From Syncephalis fuscata S228 (taxonomy: Eukaryota; Fungi; Zoopagomycota), in the NCBI GenBank assembly GCA_025786725.1, contig JAHLTZ010000023.1:384745-448744 (forward strand): a stretch of 64,000 nucleotides of DNA, written 5' to 3'. Within the stretch, counting starts at the first letter, position 1, and every line of letters starts with the position of its first letter. Below are positions 63,045 through 64,000 of the stretch, one piece after another. The notes under the pieces were generated by a model. The model was not told the DNA's origin. It saw only the letters and a list, made by a program, of their open reading frames with translations, and made no database searches. Position numbers and translations under genes: made by a program.

Positions 63045-64000
63045 TTAGTTAATCCGTATAGTGGATGATAATGTACGTTCTAGTAGTGTATAAGAAACGG
63101 ATACAAGCATGATGGACCGATAAATAGTCGCCAGCCAAACGCCCCAGTTACCAAGGTCTGGCAATTGTAGCACGGCCATACGTTCTTCAAAAGAATTTAC
63201 AGTTGATGCGGCTATATCTTCGTTTACTAATTCATTTATATCAACAGTAGCGGCCGGTTCTATTGAAGATGGTTCGGCACCGGTAATCCAGTCTACTATT
63301 AGGGTCCAGGTATTACACAGCCAGAGCCAAAGAATAGACCACCATTGGCTAGGCGATAACAAGACGGAATACCACGGTTCTGGTGGCGGTGGTGGCGGTA
63401 AAGGAAGAGCCGCTTGGGCTGAAGCTACTAGATCATCAGCAACATCGGCAATACTGGTCGAGTCGGATAGGCCTAATACTGCAGTCAATACCGGTAAGCC
63501 AGCGGCCAGTATGATCCAAACAGCAATATTGGCAACGGCTACTTTAACTGTGGTCCGTCCTGGTCGGGGCCAAATTCTTCGCATGGCCACTGTATCGTAT
63601 ACACCAATGAATAGACAAACAGAAAAGTAAACTAGCAATAAGGCGCGCAACATACCACTAGCCAACTCGCTAGCTGGCATCCAGCGTAGCCATAACAGCG
63701 GATCAAGCGCGCCTTCTTTTAGCGGTATAGCCAGTGTTACTAGGCCGCGAATAAGTGCCAATGCCACACGCAGTTGCAGTAACCACCAAGCAATGGTGGC
63801 CGTAAGCGAGACGAGAAGAAATCCAGTGTTGCGCAAAGTAGGTGAAATACGCATTTGTGTTTCAGCTAACTGCCGATCTTTTGCCAATTGCTGAAGCTGA
63901 TGACTTGCCGTATAAGTGGCCAGCTGATTTGCACTAGCTGTAACCGATGATGATGATACGTCAAGATGGGTCGACAAGTGAGTGGCACCAGGCGGTGTTC
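63045..64000 (-). CDS. LMBR1/LIMR-like membrane protein, 3' part (5' end beyond the window)
   Basis: LLVYFSVCLFIGVY...PRPGRTTVKVAVANIAVWIILAAGLPVLTAVLGL and LGNWGVWLATIY follow the LMBR1 C-terminal pattern (YLMxSSVVGFY...P...DT...IIGN...LSSALPV...LG; LGN...Y). Confidence 0.7.
   Translation of the reverse strand, partial: TPPGATHLSTHLDVSSSSVTASANQLATYTASHQLQQLAKDRQLAETQMRISPTLRNTGFLLVSLTATIAWWLLQLRVALALIRGLVTLAIPLKEGALDPLLWLRWMPASELASGMLRALLLVYFSVCLFIGVYDTVAMRRIWPRPGRTTVKVAVANIAVWIILAAGLPVLTAVLGLSDSTSIADVADDLVASAQAALPLPPPPPPEPWYSVLLSPSQWWSILWLWLCNTWTLIVDWITGAEPSSIEPAATVDINELVNEDIAASTVNSFEERMAVLQLPDLGNWGVWLATIYRSIMLVSVSYTLLERTLSSTIRIN

Overview
Eukaryotic, AT-rich, intron-dense genomic DNA from a fungus. 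By inference it is an early-diverging, Zoopagomycota/Mucoromycota-like lineage: it has fungal NST1 and DUF1748 genes together with a U12 AT-AC intron and an LMBR1 homolog. About 23 protein-coding loci can be supported: a CNT nucleoside transporter, LYRM2-like, CSN8, DUF1748, a 7-TM orphan, a bacterial-type clan GH-A glycoside hydrolase, NST1, a C2H2 transcription factor, galactokinase, IF1 ATPase inhibitor, an SDR, a head-to-head paralog pair, GILT, a hAT-derived BED-finger protein, NHX1, an FHA-like/Mek1-type kinase, two M14 carboxypeptidases, a secreted apyrase, another orphan membrane protein and a partial LMBR1. The standout, missed entirely by the ORF track, is at 91-827 (minus strand). 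What looks like an ~80-bp degenerate tandem repeat is a micro-exon gene. A signal-peptide/Kex2-site exon is followed by seven 3- or 6-nt exons in phase-1 introns, and these splice exactly to MKLSIAAVCTIVVAIMASTAMVDAKPALVRR-GAGSESGAYNT-stop. Every exon-skipping combination stays in frame and stop-free, so it may be a combinatorial secreted-peptide generator. Many genes carry single-base frameshifts that look like assembly errors. All calls come from reading the sequence by eye; no database searches were run.
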